Below are positions 24,091 to 37,019 of a DNA stretch of 64,000 nt, piece after piece; the stretch's first letter is position 1; each line of letters opens with the position of its first letter. The notes below the pieces were generated by a model that did not search any database, had not been told where the DNA came from, and was given only the letters and a program-made list of their open reading frames with translations. Made by a program: the position numbers and the translations under genes. Location: the NCBI GenBank assembly GCA_002269645.1, contig NIVC01000212.1, positions 248,001 through 312,000 of the forward strand, in the 5' to 3' direction. The DNA comes from Macrostomum lignano (taxonomy: Eukaryota).

Positions 24091-24578
24091 GAGGGGTGAG
24101 AACCGAGGTCAAGGAGGTGAGAAAATTGAGGTTAATTATGGAAAAAGGGAGGTGTAGAAAGGTTTGAGAAGTGTAGACATGAGAAAAGAGAAGTTGAAAC
24201 GAGATAAAGCAGCAGTACCACAAAGCGGATTTGCTCATAAAAAAATTAGTCGAACAGAAGGCGAGAAGGGAAATCCCTAAAAAAACGAGCGAGAAGTAAA
24301 ATCTTGATAGAATAATTTTATAGCCAGAATATCAGATTGCAGTCCTTGACTCTCCCCCCCCCCGTGACAGGGAACTCCGCCCAATTAAATGACGTTTCTC
24401 AGTCCGTGGGCACACGGAGACTGGAAGATAAAGATCGGCTTTCTTTTTGGCCGTAGAGTCAGCTGCGTGTTGATTGCTTGAGCAGATCTTTTTTTATTTG
24501 CCACGCGCAGGAAGTAAAGTAAAAAATAAGTTTAACATGGAGATCGTGAACGAGGGCTTAAATCTCTAAGCGTCTGAA

Positions 24579-25336
24579 AGTTTAGGTCTTGTACTGTTGT
24601 GTAGTTTAGGTCTTAAACTGTTATGAAGTTTAGGTCTTGAACTGTTGTGAAGTTTAGGTCTTGAACTGTTGTGAAGTTTAGGTCTTGAACTGTTGTGAAG
24701 TTTAGGTCTTGTACTGTTGTGAAGTTTAGGTCTTGTACTGTTGTGTAGTTTAGGTCTTAAACTGTTATGAAGTTTAGGTCTTGAACTGTTGTGAAGTTTA
24801 GGTCTTGAACTGTTGTGAAGTTTAGGTCTTGTACTGTTGTGAAGTTTAGGTCTTGTACTGTTGTGTAGTTTAGGTCTTAAACTGTTATGAAGTTTAGGTC
24901 TTGAACTGTTGTGAAGTTAAGGTCTTGTACTGTTGTGAAGTTTAGGTCTTGTACTGTTGTGAAGTTTAGGTCTTGTACTGTTGTGTAGTTTAGGTCTTAA
25001 ACTGTTATGAAGTTTAGGTCTTGAACTGTTGTGAATTTTATGTCTTGAACTGTTGTGAAGTTTAGGTCTTGAACTGTTGTGAAGTTTAGGTCTTGAACTG
25101 TTGTGAAGTTTAGGTCTTGAACTGTTATGAAGTTTAGGTCTTGTACTGTTGTGAAGTTTAGGTCTTGTACTGATGTGTAGTTTAGGTCTTGAACTGTTGT
25201 GAAGTTTAGGTCTTGTACTGTTATGAAGTTTATGTCTTGAACTGTTGTGAAGTTTAGGTCTTGAACTGTTGTGAAGTTTAGGTCTTGTACTGTTGTGAAG
25301 TTTAGGTCTTGTACTGTTATGAAGTTTAGGTCTTGT
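24579..25336. repeat. Minisatellite, 24-bp unit (gaagtttaggtcttgaactgttgt) with higher-order blocks
   Basis: About 31 units. A diagnostic variant pair (tgtagtttaggtcttaaactgttat) recurs every 5-6 units. Confidence 0.95.
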
Positions 25337-26019
25337 GAAAGCGCCCAGAAATATCAATCCTCATCTCTCATCTTATCTATCTTCTCTTCTCTCATCCCAT
25401 AACTCATCTGATCTCCTCTCTCTCTCATTTCTATCATCTCTCATCTCTCATCTCTCATCTCCTCTCTCCTCTTCTCTCTCCCCTCTCCAAACCTACTTTC
25501 CTTTCTCATCTGGCCCGGGGTTATTAACTAGGTTCTGTATCTGGCTCCTGAGGTAAAAATGTTTGCCAACCCATTATAGTTTAGATCTTTTCTGATCCAG
25601 ATTCTAATTTTTAGACCTCCCTGGCTTCTTCCGGGGCGTCTCCTCCATTCGATCGCGTGCTGGTTGAGTTGACTGAGACAGAGACCAGAGAAAATTAGTG
25701 GGTTCTGGACTGACTCTGAGAAAAAACTATAGTTGACAGTTCGAGATCAAAATCTAATACCTGTCTGCTCTGTCACAGCTAGAGATCTAATAATGATATT
25801 TGGCCATATGGATTGGCTGCTCAATTCTTTGCTGAGCTAATTTAATTCAATTTTTTTCGATTGGCAAGAAATTGTTTTTAATGTGAGTCATGTGTTGCTT
25901 GACAACGCCACTTTCTAATTGAGTCTAATTGAATCAGGGTCCATTTTCCAATAGTGGGTAGCGCCATTCGATAACCGAGAAAATTTCATTTTTCAGTGGT
26001 GAAATGCCATTATCAAAAA

Positions 26020-26792
26020 CTCAGTGCCATTTTCTAAAATTCAGTGACATTTTCGAAAACTCAGTGCCATTTTCTAAAATTCAGTGACATTTTCGAAAAC
26101 TCAGTGCCATTTTCTAAAAGCCAGTGCCATTTTCTAAAAGCCGGTGCCATTTTCTAAAAGCCAGTGCCATTTTCTAAAAGACAGTGCCATTTTCTAAAAC
26201 TCAGCGCCACTTTGTAAAAGTCAGTGCCATTTTCTAAAATCAGTTCCAGTTTCTAAACGTCAGTGCCATTTTTTAAAGACAGTGCCATTTTCTAAAATCA
26301 GTTCCAGTTTCTAAACGTCAGTGCCTTTTTCTAAACGTCAGTGCCATTTTTTAAAGTCAGTGCCATTTTCTAAAAGTCAGTGCCATTTTCTAAAACTCAG
26401 CGCCACTTTGTAAAAGTCAGTGCCATTTTCTAAAACTCAGCGCCACTTTGTAAAAGTCAGTGCCATTTTCTAAAACTCAGCGCCACTTTGTAAAAGTCAG
26501 TGCCATTTTCTAAAACTCAGCGCCACTTTGTAAAAGTCAGTGCCATTTTCTAAACGTCAGTGCCTTTTTCTAAACGTCAGTGCCATTTTTTAAAGTCAGT
26601 GCCATTTTCTAAAAGTCAGTGCCATTTTCTAAACGTCAGTGCCATTTTCTAAAAGACAGTGCCATTTTCTAAAAGTCAGTGCCATTTTCTAAAACTTAGT
26701 GCCATTTTCTAAACGTCAGTGCCATTTTCTAAAAGTCAGTGCCATTTTCTAAAAGTCAGTGCCATTTTCTAAAAGTCAGTGCCATTTTCTAA
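26020..26792. repeat. Minisatellite, 20-bp unit (cagtgccattttctaaaagt)
   Basis: About 38 units. Confidence 0.95.
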
Positions 26793-27305
26793 GTTGGATC
26801 AATTCAAAAAGAATTGTGAACCATCTAGTTTGGTGAGCGAGATCCCTATACAGACGATGCATGCATTACAGACTTCAGACTTCAACTCAGATCCTCAAAA
26901 TTCTCAGGAGCCTGAATATGAGGCAGCCAGCCTCTTTAAATAAACCCCTCCCCTCATACCCCAGATATGCGACAAGTTGTTAAAGCAAATTCTAACCTGT
27001 TTGCTTAAAGCCTGTGTATGCATATTTGATAATAAAACTCTTACCGCAGTCATAACCACGTAACACACAGTAATAAAACTGTCAGTCAAATTCTACAAGT
27101 GTTCGATTAAATATATGATTCCGCGGTGCTCCCACTAAGTCCGTTGAGTGTATTTTGTATTATAAAAAACATTGCCTTATAGTTGCGTTGCAAAACCCGT
27201 GAAGATTTTCTCAGTAATGAATGACAGACAAAATAAACTTTGATAGCTACTGTAGTGTTTGAGCTTTTTAGGCAAGGTGTCTAAATAAAACTGACACTTT
27301 CGGGA

Positions 27306-27842
27306 GTCTGTTTCTGTCTCTTGCATGAGTCTGTTTCTGTCTCTTGTATGAGTCTGTTTCTGCCTGTTGTTTGAGTCTGTTTATCCCAGTTGTATGAGTC
27401 ATACAACTGGGATGACTGGGATCAGAATACAGTTGTATGAGCCTGTTTATCCCAGTTGTATGAGCCTGTTTATCCCAGTTGTATGAGTCTGTTTATTTCA
27501 TTTGTATGAGCCTGTTTATCTCAGTTGTTTGAGTCGTTTATCTCAGTTGTATGAGTCTGTTTATCTCAGTTGTATGAGTCTGTTTATCCCAGTTGTATGA
27601 GTCTGTTTATCCCAGTTGTTTGAGTCTGTTTATCTCAGTTGTATGAGTCTGTTTATCTCAGTTGTTTGAGTCTGTTTATCCCAGTTGTATGAGTCTGTTT
27701 ATCCCAGTTGTATGAGTCTGTTTATCCCATTTGTATGAGTCTGTTTATCTCAGTTGTTTGAGTCTGTTTATCCCAGTTGTATCAGTCTGTTTATTTCATT
27801 TGTATGAGTCTGTTTATCCCAGTTGTATGAGTCTGTTTATTC
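27306..27842. repeat. Minisatellite, 23-bp unit (tgtatgagtctgtttatcccagt) with a local inversion near its start
   Basis: About 22 units; palindrome at 27383-27413. Confidence 0.95.
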
Positions 27843-28405
27843 TACCTGTTAATGATTTGATTTGTATCTTGATTAGAACGCATTGCCTCATTCTTATACC
27901 GACTTAGTATGCAAGAAAAGTCGGGTGCCTCTCAGTAAGATAAGTAAGTCAAGCTGCACAATTTCAAACTGACTGTTTCTTAGAATCGGAACAATTTATC
28001 AACAAAAATATTGAAAACAGCCGGCACTAACCATGCCTGTCGATAACAACCCAAGCTGTTGAAAATTTTAATAGATTTCAGCTGCTCGTGAAAGAAAGAA
28101 AAATTTAACGATTTTTTGGGGCTACAACTATCCGAATTTAGGGTCGGAGAAGTTTTGAAATTGGCAGATGTATTCTCTCGTCGTCCCTGTTTCCCGTATC
28201 TAGTCTAAAATAAATTAATAATTAGTCTGCTGAAATTTTTTCTCTGTCCCAGTCAATATTTTCTTATACACGCGTGAAGTTCGCCTGCACCCAAAGTTGC
28301 ATTTTGAAGACGTTCAAGAAAAAAGAAATGTTCGTCTTTATTGCGCATATATAATACCGGTTTGAGCCATAAACAGGTGCTTTTGTAAACTTCGCAGCCA
28401 AGTCT

Positions 28406-29225
28406 GTGGATCTGAGGAGGGTGTCATATTGGATCTGAGGAGGGTGTCATATTGGATCTGAGGAGGGTGTCATATTGGATCTGAGGAGGGTGTCATACTG
28501 GATCTGAGGAGGGTGTCATATTGGATCTGAGGAGGGTGTCATATTGGATCTGAGGAGGATGTCATATTGGATCTGAGGAGGGTGTCATATTGGATCTGAG
28601 GAGGGTGTCATATTGGATCTGAGGAGGCTGTCATTTTGGATCCGAGGAGGATGTCATATTGGATCTGAGGAGGGTGTCATTTTGGATCTGAGGAGGATGT
28701 CATATTGGATCTGAGGAGGGTGTCATATTGGATCTGAGGAGGGTGTCATATTGGATCTGAGGAGGGTGTCATTTTGGATCTGAGGAGGGTGTCATATTGG
28801 ATCTGAAGAGGGTGTCATATTGAATCTGAGGAGGGTGTCTTATTGGATCTGAGGAGGGTGTCATAATAAATCTGAGGAGGGTGTCATATTGGATCTGAGG
28901 AGGGTTTCAGACTAGATCTGAGGAGGGTGTCATAATAAATCTGAGGAGGGTGTCATATTAGATCTGAGGAGGGTGTCATATTGGATCTGAGGAGGGTGTC
29001 ATATTGGATTTGAGGAGGGTGTCATATTGGATCTGAAGAGGGTGTCATATTGGATCTGAGGAGGGTGTCATATTGGATCTGAGGAGGGTGTCATATTGGA
29101 TCTGAGGAGGGTGTCATATTGGATCTGAGGAGGGTGTCATATTGGATCTGAGGAGGCTGTCATATTGGATCTGAGGAGGGTGTCATATTAGATCGGAGGA
29201 GTGTATCATACTTATATTGGATCTG
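28406..29225. repeat. Minisatellite, 23-bp unit (ggatctgaggagggtgtcatatt)
   Basis: About 33 regular units plus a decayed tail. Confidence 0.95.
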
Positions 29226-29904
29226 AACATCTTGTGCCAACTTTCTTGGAGCAAAACTAAATGAATCAAAACAATGATTCAATAATCTCGTAGCATAACA
29301 CATTTCGGCAATGTTTATCATTATTATGCAATTCATTTTCATTGATAAGAGATTTGCGATCTCCTGGGTGTTTAGCATTCAGACACCGATCTGTTAAAGC
29401 TGATAGGTTGCAATGCAGCACAGTGCCCTATGGTCTTTGTCCTGGTCTTTGTATTCCAATGCTTCCTTATTAAGAGTGTATATGTTCTGGGCGTGGCATC
29501 CTTTGTTTACACTGAAGTATAAACAGATTCACTTCACCCCCCGAAGCCCCGTCCATCGATTTAAGGTCTTTGTGCAGTGCTATAACTTATCTACCTGTCC
29601 ACACCCTGTTTCATGTGTGCGCGTGCAACTAGCGATGGCAACCAGCTTGGAGGACATGTGGGGGCACCTGTTGCAACGATAGGCTAGTAGTATTTGTGCT
29701 AATCTATGATCCTTGCGCATGTATGCGATAGTTGTCCATATGGCGGGTAGATATTGTCAGAAATACAAGCCAATTGGGTGATGTTTACTCGTCATTTACT
29801 GCGTAATGATGCATTGATTACAAGGCTTAATTAGTTAGCTGCCCGGTTTGCGACTTCACTCAGTATAAGCCTCTCTGCCTCTGCATCTCCCTCTCTGGAT
29901 CTCT

Positions 29905-30017
<113 letters not shown>

Positions 30018-31116
30018 ACTCACCAATGCGCTCATTTTACCCTATTGAAGTACAATATTTATTTCACTTGTCGTTTATTTTATTCAAACTGCTTGATTCT
30101 ACGCACAAATACCGATTTTATGCTCCTACCCTCAATACCGGCATCCAATATACTAAAATTTTCATCTAATCGTATTGTACTTCGAAAAAACAATTTTTTT
30201 ATAATAATAAATATACTGTCGATTAAAATAATGAATGGTGGAAAGCCTCTGGGACAAGCTAGAGCTAGACAAAACAGGGTTTTAAATGTACATCCCTCAT
30301 ATGTACAACTACTCATCAATATTATCAGACTAAGAAAAATAATACTTAAAAGACCAACTTGCATTGCACAACACACAGCTTTTTGGCCTGACGAAGAGCC
30401 CAGAGGCTTGAAACCGCGGTAGCCTACTTTCAATTAAATAATTTAACACGACGTGACCTCTCTTCTCTCTCTCTCTCTCACTCCATTTCTCACCCTATCT
30501 CTCTCTTCTGATTATCTTCTCTCTTTACTTTTCTCAATTTCTCCCAACCGGCTGACTGAAACAAATCAATCAAGTTCGATGTATCAGTGATTCAGAGTTC
30601 AGGCATAAAATCGTTTTTTAACGTTTACTGATAAACAACGACAACTGGGAAAAAAGCTTTTAAAATTTCCGCAAACGTACCTACCTACCTACCTACCTGT
30701 AGATAACTAGCATAATAATTAGGCCTGTCTGCAACACAGCAAGATGGGATTTCTTATCGTTTGAAGCTTCTTCTTCCAGAAGAAAATTGACGGCGTGTCA
30801 AGCTTAAAACAGATTCTGTACAAGGAAGGAACTAAAAACGGTTCTACTGGCTGATAAGCAAAGCTGCAGGTTGAGCCCCATGGGGGCGAAACAGGCAACA
30901 TTGGGCTGCTTTTAGAAGCAGAAGCAAAGCGATAACAAGAAAAAATATGTAACTAGTTGTGTATGTGTATATATACAGTGGAATCATTTTTGTGACCGTC
31001 AGAGAAAAAATGATAGATAGTGTCGAGAGATATAAAAAGACAGGGACTACTGTGCCTAGATTTGGATTAGAAAACCAGTTTGCAAAGAGAAGGTTCAATA
31101 CAGACGATTAAAGAAT

Positions 31117-31880
31117 TTTTAGCGCCGTGTGGAAGATTTTAGCGCCACTTTTAGCGCCTGTGTGGAAGATTTTAGCGCCAATTTTAGCGCCCGTGTGGAA
31201 GATTTTAGCGCCACTTTTAGCGCCTGTGTGAAATATTTTAGCGCCAATTTTAGCGCCCTGTGGAACATTTTAGCGCCTGTGTGGAAGATTTTAGCGCCAC
31301 TTTTAGCGCCTGTGTGGAAGATTTTAGCGCCAATTTTAGCGCCCGTGTGGAAGATTTTAGCGCCACTTTTAGCGCCTGTGTGAAATATTTTAGCGCCAAT
31401 TTTAGCGCCCTGTGGAACATTTTAGCGCCTGTGTGGAAGATTTTAGCGCCACTTTTAGCGCCTGTGTGGAAGATTTTAGCGCCACTTTTAGCGCCCGTGT
31501 GGAAGATTTTAGCGCCAATTTTAGCGCCTGTGTGGAAGATTTTAGCGCCACTTTTAGCGCCTGTCTGAAATATTTTAGCGCCAATTTTAGCGCCGTGTGG
31601 AACATTTTAGCGCCTGTGTGGAAGATTTTAGCGCCACTTTTAGCGCCCGTGTGGAAGATTTTAGCGCCACTTTTAGCGCCCATGTGGAAGGTTTTAGCGC
31701 CACTTTTAGCGCCTGTGTGGAAGATTTTAGCGCCAATTTTAGCGCCCGTGTGGAAGATTTTAGTGCCACTTTTAGCGCCCGTGTGGAAGATTTTAGCGCC
31801 ACTTTTAGCGCCTGTGTGAAAGATTTTAGCGCCACTTTTAGCGCCCGTGTGAAAGATTTTAGCGCCAATTTTAGCGCCGT
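31117..31880. repeat. Minisatellite, 33-bp unit (gtgtggaagattttagcgccacttttagcgcct) with a ~152-bp higher-order repeat
   Basis: Built from ttttagcgcc subunits. The tggaacattt variant recurs at ~31261, 31413 and 31598. Confidence 0.95.
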
Positions 31881-32660
31881 AATGAAGAGTTTAGCGCCTT
31901 TTTGACGCCGTATACTGTATAAGGCTTCTCTAGTCCAGGCCTATACGTATTCCAGACGTCCCAGAAGCGCATTTGCATAAAGCCGGTGCTTCATCAGCTT
32001 TCCATCCCAAGTCCCCGCTAGTAGGGAAAAGCCTGATTGCATCATATCGGTCCGAATCCCCCACATATCCCATGTCCCCGCCTATTCTCGAATTTCAAAA
32101 AGTTTTGAAGCCTTTTAAAATCGGCAGCTTCAATATATAGAGCTTATTTTTCTTGATGATTTTATTTTCAAAACCTGAACTTGCGTTGGGCACTCGCCAG
32201 CTTCCTGAATGGATTTTAACGGCGAAACCACCAAAGTGTAAACAAACCGTCGCAAGAATTGATGTCAAAAAGAAACCAAACTCGCTTGTGGCAGCTGTGG
32301 GACAGAGGAGTAAAATAGGGCTCTGCTACATCGGGTTGGGGGAGGGGGGGGCTTCTGCAGCATCCGCACTCTCTTCCCAGACGCCTGTCAATAATTTCTT
32401 TTAGTTTATGACTTTGCTCGTAAAATTGCCCATAGCCTACCTAGTGGAAAAGGGAAAGGTAAAAATATGGCTTCCAAAAAAGCAAACAGATGTGTTTTTT
32501 AAAACAGAAAATCGCATTGTAAACAAAACAAGTGGAAATTCCATTCATTTCTGCTGCTGCTGCTGTTGCTGCTGCTGTTGACCACTTGACCGATTCATTA
32601 GGCGGTGAAATGTCTGGTCCGATGAGTTGACATTTTCGTCTTAGTCGGTAGGTTTTTTTC

Positions 32661-33193
32661 TCTGGTCAGAAGCTTGGTGTTCTGGTCAGAAGCTTGGTGT
32701 TCTGGTCAGAAGCTTGGTGATCTGGTCAGAAGCTTGGTGATCTGGTCAGAAGCTTGGTGATCTGGTCAGAAGCTTGGTGATCTGGTCAGAAGCTTGATGT
32801 TCTGGTCAGAAGCTTGGTGTTCTGGTCAGAAGCTTGGTGTTCTGGTCAGAAGCTTGGTGTTCTGGTCAGAAGCTTGGTGATCTAGTCAGAAGCTTGGTGT
32901 TCTGGTCAGAAGCTTGGTGTTATGGTTATTGCTTGGTGTTCTGGTCAGAAGCTTGGTGATCTGGTCAGAAGCTTGGAGATCTGGTCAGAAGCTTGGTGTT
33001 CTGGTCAGAAGCTTGGTGTTCTGGTCAGTGCTTGGTGTTCTGGTTAGAAGCTTGGTGATCTGGTCAGAAGCTTGGTGTTCTGGTCAGAAGCTTGATGTTC
33101 TGGTCAGAAGCTTGATGTTCTGGTCAGAAGCTTGATGTTTTGGTCAGAAGCTTGATGTTTTGGTCAGAAGCTTGGAGATCTGGTCAGAAGCTT
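32661..33193. repeat. Minisatellite, 20-bp unit (tctggtcagaagcttggtgt), copy 1
   Basis: About 26 units, each with a HindIII site. Confidence 0.95.
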
Positions 33194-33542
33194 AATCATC
33201 ATGTCAGAATTTTTATAATTTTGTCAATAGCTTAACAATCCTGTGAAAGACTTTATAGACTTATCAAAATCTTGGCAAGCCTGACAGAAACAAAATGATT
33301 TTGTCAGTGATGGTCAATGATTGTTCAGGTTTTTATGACAAGAAATTGTTTAACTTAGACTATTCAATTTATGCATACAATCGTCACAACGGTTTTTATT
33401 ACTTTTTTCATAATTTCCGATTGGTTTGGAAGCTCTCAGATCTGACAGGGAGACAATGATAATTAACAAAAATTAGAATTAACAGTTAGTTAGAAAGTAC
33501 ATCATGTTCTTAGCTATAACGGTTTCTAAGCATCCATTAGCC

Positions 33543-33556
33543 GTTTCCATAGCAAC
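33543..33556. promoter_or_regulatory. RFX X-box GTTTCCATAGCAAC
   Basis: Exact match to the GTHNYYATRRNAAC consensus; target gene not identified. Confidence 0.5.
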
Positions 33557-34379
33557 CGTCGTCCGCTTAGTTAATTGTCCACTAGAACTAACAATATTAG
33601 CCCACTGTAAAAGATGCTAGCACCTTTGATGTTGCGTCCGTATTATGAAGCCTGTGGTACCGAGAGATTAGAATTAATCTATCCTCTATACGAAAGGACA
33701 ATAGTGGATGTTTAATAACGGGGAAGATTATGACCATATTAAAACTACAGAATGGGGCCATATAGTGAATGAGGGAGACTAGACATTTGATCGATGAGAT
33801 TTGGCATAGATAGAAATTTAATTAGTGAGAATTAGTGAGATTAGACATTGAATTAGTGAGATTATCAGCCAAAGGTGACCAGCCCGTGCAGCAGCTAGGC
33901 TTGGATCATGAAGACTATTTTCTAATTGATCAAGACCAACAACCAGACTAAGACCATTATGAGAGCACAGCTGTCAGAGCGATAAGCTGCAGAAACTTTT
34001 TTATCCCACCTTTTCTATGCATATACTGTACTTGCTGTCTACAATAGTAGTCTGTAACGAGAATACGATTCTTTTTTACGCGGCTACGTGTGTCGATAGA
34101 TCCCCCTTGCACGATTAGCTAATCGGTCAATTAGCGACTCCTCCATGTGAACTAATTGGTTATGAATTAACTGGAATTAATTGGAGAAATCGACGCCTCA
34201 ATTACACGTACCTTGAAATCGTGTACACTCCTATACTGTACTATACTAGAATTCTACCCTCTTCAACGTACGCACAAAAATAATATAAACTTTTCCGCCA
34301 AAAGGCAAAGAAAAATAAAGCAAAACTAAAGTAGAAGGATGCAACACTTGAAATCTATGGAATATGTTTTGAAGGCCAC

Positions 34380-34965
34380 TTTTTGCCGAAAAACACACTA
34401 CGGAGATAGGAAGTGTTTATTTTTCAACACAAAAATCGTTATTGCTTTCGATAGGAGGCAGACCCAGTGTTCATCTTTTGATATTGTTGTGTGCCTTTCT
34501 TCTTATAAGCTCTATCGGTATTCATTAAGCTTTTTTGTTCAGAAAATTAGGATTCTATGTCACTTTCTTATTCTACGTACAATTGCATGTGTCCTGTGCC
34601 TATATAAAAATGATTTATGATTTAATGAATTTTTAATGGTTTAATGAATATGTTTTGCCATTCTTAGCTGACTGTGTAACAATATGTGTAACAGAGAGGA
34701 TATATAATAGATTAATAAAACCAATGAGTCGAGAGCTGTGCCATGCATTTTTATGATTTTTAGGTACAGGAATGTACGATAAAAAATGAACATAGAATCC
34801 TACTTTTCTGAACAAAAAGCTTTAATGAATACCAATAGAGATATAAAAGACATAACATATCAAAAGATGAACATTGAGTCTGCCTCCAATCGAAAGCAAT
34901 AACAATTTTTGTGCGAAAAAATGAAAACTTCCTATATCTCCATGGTGTATTTTTCGCCAAACTTT
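34380..34965. mobile_element. Fold-back / MITE-like element with ~200-bp imperfect inverted arms
   Basis: About 34380-34590 is the reverse complement of about 34760-34965. The ORF track shows the same pseudo-peptide (TKIVIAFD.RQTQCSSFD) on opposite strands. Confidence 0.75.
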
Positions 34966-35596
34966 TCCCGTGAAGCGTGAGTGTCGCGTCCCGTCTTATA
35001 CATTGCTTAAGTTGTCCTTGTCGAAAGGCCAGCCAAAAGCTGTAACAAATAAATCCAAAATTTAATACTTCATGCAATCAATCTTTGGCTAGATCTGAAA
35101 TGGGATTAAAAATCAAATTGATAGATTCTATCTAAATGATCACTTTATTGATTTCAAAAATTCTAGGAAATAAACTGTGAAATGATCGAGGCAATGATAA
35201 TTAAACAAACAGATTCGATGATGCGTATCGAATATGGGTGATATCGATACCAAAGAGCGATACGGGGTGAAACATCTAAACCTATATGCTATCTATCTTT
35301 TAAATTATCGCCGGTAATTTTCACACATGGAAAACGTAATAGATATATAAAAAAACTATATCAACTATCGTATTTTTAAATAGTTGTTGTGAATATCACT
35401 ATACGATTTATTGCATTTAAGCAGAACTGTTTTGTGTTTTTTTGTTAAAATAAGTCTATCACATGTTCTAGCAATAACCGTTTATTGTGCGTCATTTTCA
35501 AATGATGCAATCTGCCAATCTGACGAAATTTTGTTCAGAAAGGCTGCAAGAATTGTAATCGGACACAATCGTTCACTTTAAAACATGAGACTTTAG

Positions 35597-35763
35597 CAGG
35601 GGCTTAGCCAAAGTGGGGGACACTGGGGACATGTCCCCCCCGCTGGATGGGGAATTTTTTTACTTCCTTTGTATTTTGCTTCCATCGCTTCTATCGGAGA
35701 TGGATTTGTCTCTGTCCGGGTCCGGGACTGTCCCCCCTGTCGTGAATCCTTGCTACGCGCCTG
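35597..35763. mobile_element. hAT-type MITE, older copy
   Basis: Termini CAGGGGCTTAGC...GCTACGCGCCTG; flanks gactttag / gactctaa (6/8, degenerate 8-bp TSD); same TIR family as 50051-50316. Confidence 0.7.
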
Positions 35764-36863
35764 GACTCTAAAGTATGTTAAGTGTGTACCCTAAATCGTA
35801 CCTGGTTCCTAACCTATTTACTGTGTCTATAGTCTACTAAGTTGTTCTTCAAAGCTTATTAAATCAAATGGAAAATATATATTATTCTTAGCTAATCATA
35901 AATTCATAAAAAATTTGCTTTAAAATGTAGGCTGTAGGCCTAGCTCTAACCAATATGCTTTTTGATAGCAGCTAGGGCCCTATAGTAGGCTAATATTGCT
36001 TTGCTATGCCTACTTTTTATATGTAAGCTAAGCCATATACAAAAATGTTCCAAATTTTTATCATTTAGAACTTCAATAATTTTGCTACCAAAGTATAAAT
36101 TTGATTTAGCTATAAATTCAATGGTTCATTTTTAAGTACACTATAGGTTTTTATGCAGCCTAATCATCTAATGTAATAAATAAGCTTATTAGATATAGTT
36201 TTACTTTTGCTTATATAACTAATTTTTAATTATAATATAAAATTAGATAGGAAGGCTAGCTGTTAAAATTAAACAATTAATACCTTCTTAGCAATTTTTT
36301 TATTAGTAACTTTTGTTAAATAGCAACTTTTTGAGTTTCTAGCTAGCAACTTTCTAAATTCTAGCTAGCAACTTGGTATGTTAACAGTGACATTTAAACA
36401 AATATAATTAAAATTAAATAAAGAAAAAACAAATATTTAATTGATAGGCCTATCATAATATGACTATTAATCAGATGCTTGCTTTAGATTTTAAAATATT
36501 TATATATAGAAAGTAAACACTAAATTTTATTTACTAATCTAATGAATGTATATTTTATTTTCCTTAATTAAATTTTTTATATTTCTCTATTAGTATTATT
36601 ATTATTCTTTATTAAATTAATATAAATATATAAAATAAATATGCATGCACAATATTTATCTCCACTTTTTTGACCAAAAATGTGATTTACCTTTGAAAAA
36701 ATCATAAAGTTAACACAATTTTGGATAAATGAGAAAAGTAACTATGACTATTCTATGAATACTAAATGTAAATTTGTATTATGTCTGTATTTTTTAGATG
36801 GGTATTTTTGCAACTTATCCCTGGTTTACCATAATAATGATAGCCAGTAGTTGTCATACTTGG

Positions 36864-37019
36864 GCGCAACCTTGGGATTCACCTAGCCATTTCTATTAGC
36901 AACACACACATGTAAGTCACTATTGGACGGAATAGTAGTCACGTGACTGCTCTCAGCCAATAGTGACTTACATGTGTGTGTTGCCAATAGAAATGGCCAG
37001 GTGATTCTCAAAGTTGCGC
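36864..37019. mobile_element. Short palindromic element (63-bp arms, 30-bp spacer)
   Basis: Arm 36864-36926 is the reverse complement of 36957-37019 with about 5 mismatches. The spacer contains agtcacgtgact. Confidence 0.7.

Noticed and set aside
34339-35077. Two similar ORFs on opposite strands as a gene pair
   Set aside because: They are the two arms of a non-coding inverted repeat.
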